A DNA stretch of 63,579 bases, the filler included, from Phoronis australis (taxonomy: Eukaryota > Animalia > Phoronida): the NCBI GenBank assembly GCA_002633005.1. It is 5 parts of 5 records of this genome, joined end to end, with 100 filler letters (N's around TTAATTAATTAA, not from the genome) between each part and the next. Parts side by side here need not be neighbours in the genome. Positions count along the whole stretch, not along the records: positions 60,692 to 63,579 come from NMRA01003343.1; 4 more parts are not named here. One strand, 5' to 3'. Below are positions 61,284 to 63,579 of the stretch, one piece after another (position 1 is the stretch's first letter; every line of letters begins with the position of its first letter). Below the pieces are notes generated by a model. It had not been told where the DNA came from. It made no database searches and saw only the letters and a list, made by a program, of their open reading frames with translations. The translations under genes were made by a program, and so were the position numbers.

Positions 61284-62177
61284 GGGAACTTACTTTAGAT
61301 CCCAATCTTAAATTTAATATGCACATAGATCATATCACAAAGAAATTATCTAAGAAAATCGGTGTACTTAAACGTCTAGGCAAATTTCTTAATGTCAGCA
61401 CTCTTAAGACCCTTTACCATTCTATTATTCAGCTTCATATTGATTATTGTTTACTGGTTTGGGGGCACACTAGTGACACACTTGTTAGCTAAGTCCAAGT
61501 AATCCAAAATAGAGCCGCCAGGTCTATCCTAGGTACTAAAATTAGGGACACTAGGGTTGACGACTTGTATTCCAAGCTGGGATTTATGAAAATAAGACAA
61601 AGAAATAAATATATCTCTCTGCCTGTTGTATGTACAGATGTATCAATGGCGTGGCTCCAGCATATCTCAGCAGTAAATTCAATAGCAGCCAGGCTGTATA
61701 TTCTACACATTCTTCTGTTGATGGCAATGTTTATTCTAAAAAAATCAAAACCGAGACGGGCAAGAGATCTTTTATCTATGCAGCTGCTATAATATGGAAT
61801 TCTTTTACCCCAGAAATTAAACGGTCCAATTCAATTACTACCTTTAAAGTAAATATTAAAAAGTGTCTGTAATTTACTTGACCATTTGTACCCTGCCTGT
61901 CTTAATCATGTCATTTTTTTCATTGTCGTAAATACTCTCACTGTCTAGAATCATCTCTTAATTTATTTCATCTGTCTTAGTTAAATTTTTACCATTATTT
62001 GTCATTTAGTTATTGTCTTAATTCTCAACCTGTTTTAATTGTATCTTTGTTACGTATATTTCATTGTTGTTTTGTTACTTCATTGTATTATATTACTGTT
62101 TTTCTTGTTGAGGGCCCTCTTGGAAAGCAGTGCTATCACTGAAGACGCTACCCTCATTTTAAATATTACAATTACAA

Positions 62178-62208
<31 letters not shown>

Positions 62209-62209
62209 A
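61284..62209 (+). mobile_element. 5'-truncated L2/Crack-type LINE 3' end with (TAAA)n tail
   Basis: LDPNLKFNMHI..KIGVLKRL..LYHSII..HIDYC..VWG..QNRAARSIL..APAYL..GKRSFIY....WNS; 3' gagggcc...ctaccctc stem followed by (taaa)n. Confidence 0.9.
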
Positions 62210-62461
62210 CTTTTGAATTTGGACCACTATGCCAAAGGCAAACGTTTAGCAGGTTAAGAAACAAAAATCGCTTCAGGAATGTTCCTGTAGTATAACCGAT
62301 CTCTTGCCCGTTGTTTGAGAGTGTTCTGTTTTCATTATCATCCTGAACATTGAGGCCACCCGGACCAATGGCTCAAACTCTGTTGGGGTTCAATTGGCTA
62401 ACTCTGAAATTTGAAAATAAAATCATATGTCTGTGACTTGAGAGCGAAGACCAGTGAAAAA

Positions 62462-62606
62462 CAGTTTATAGCATAACCAAAAAGGGTCTTGGAATTCGAT
62501 TTTCGAATTTACCCGGCTCAAATCTGAGCGAACACCAGTTTATAGCATAACCAAAAAGGGTCTTGGAATTCGATTTTCGAATTTACCCGGCTCAAATCTG
62601 AGCGAA
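62462..62606. repeat. 74-bp-period exact tandem duplication
   Basis: cagtttatagcataaccaaaaagggtcttggaattcgattttcgaatttacccggctcaaatctgagcgaa occurs twice. Confidence 0.9.
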
Positions 62607-63451
62607 ATGTGGCTTCAACATGAAAGCAAGTACTAAACAAGTTTCGGATTTAGGCCGCGGGCGTACCATTAGGAAACTTGGCGAGTGAAATCAATCGCGG
62701 GAGACAAGCAAATTAATTACTCGTGTTCTGATGTGAGAACGACCTGAATTCTCAACACTTTTAACCTCAGCAAGGAACAATATGATACGAACAATCGTGT
62801 AACAGTAAATGAACCAGCCAAGAGTTTGTACAGTAGGCGACGCCAGCTTTACCTCCGTCTTTCACACTGTTGATGCGTGATTTGTGAATGTATGCCGAAA
62901 AACTGAGATTGAGACAATTTTTAATACTGGGAACTTCGGGTATCAAAGATGTTCTGGGCGGGACACTTTACCAGTACCTTCTGTCGGGAATCGGGGTACC
63001 TCTGGATACAACTGGCAAAGTTATCAATTTTAATTGATAACTTTGCCAGGTGTCAGCCGTCTTTGGTCTATTAAAATAGACCAAAGACGGCTGACACCTG
63101 AAACTTACAGCAGTTTTCGTTATACAATAACTGAAAACATTCAAATTGTGCAGTCGAGTTCTTCGATTAACAGTGCTGTAGTGGAGGGTAGGCGCACGTA
63201 TAGGCGCAGATAACCACCTTTTGGCATTTGAACGCCTACGCACCAAAAGTTATGTTCACTGAGTGCGGCTCAAGGTCATACGGTAGGCTTTGGGCGCCTA
63301 CGTACCTCTGATTTTACCACTAGGCCTACAGCACTGTCGATTACACTTTTTAATCATGAGTGCATAAGTTTCAAATGCTGTAATAACCGAGCCCTCCGGG
63401 ATTTAAATTGACGTTTTCCCAGGCCAGGAATGCACTATACACCACCGCCAT

Positions 63452-63559
63452 GCATGCAGAGTCCGGCATGAGTGTCCCGGTGCTAGCGCATGCAGAGTCC
63501 GTCATGAGTGTCCCGGTGCTAGCGCATGCAGAGTTCGGCATGAGTGTCCCGGTGCTAGC
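63452..63559. repeat. 36-bp minisatellite, 3 copies
   Basis: gcatgcagagtccggcatgagtgtcccggtgctagc three times with single substitutions. Confidence 0.9.
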
Positions 63560-63579
63560 TTATGTGGAAATGGAAGCGT

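Overview
Draft-assembly window from an AT-rich animal genome, probably a marine invertebrate (inferred from repeat content and GT-AG introns). It is dominated by transposon debris and broken by 4 sized N-gaps and 4 artificial 100-bp spacers (N44-TTAATTAATTAA-N44). Host genes I can support: (1) the 5' exons of a plus-strand gene whose second visible coding exon encodes a RHIM-like motif (VQVG core, one frameshift in a T-run), with kB-like sites upstream; (2) a minus-strand orphan ORF of about 304 aa; (3) the first two coding exons of a divergent vinculin-family gene (minus strand), head-to-head with (4) a signal-peptide, Cys-rich-repeat gene (plus strand) across about 440 bp carrying tandem CLEAR/E-box motifs. 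Mobile elements: a Tx1/L1 LINE with a 744-codon open EN+RT frame, a second decayed Tx1, a Copia > CR1-type LINE > Hero-type LINE nest, an L2/Crack 3' end, several non-autonomous Kolobok-like and ISL2EU-like DNA transposons that keep only the N-termini of their two convergent genes, an IS3EU-like fragment and many MITEs and tandem repeats. I saw no rRNA, intact tRNA or CRISPR array. All family assignments are by eye from motifs; no database search was run.
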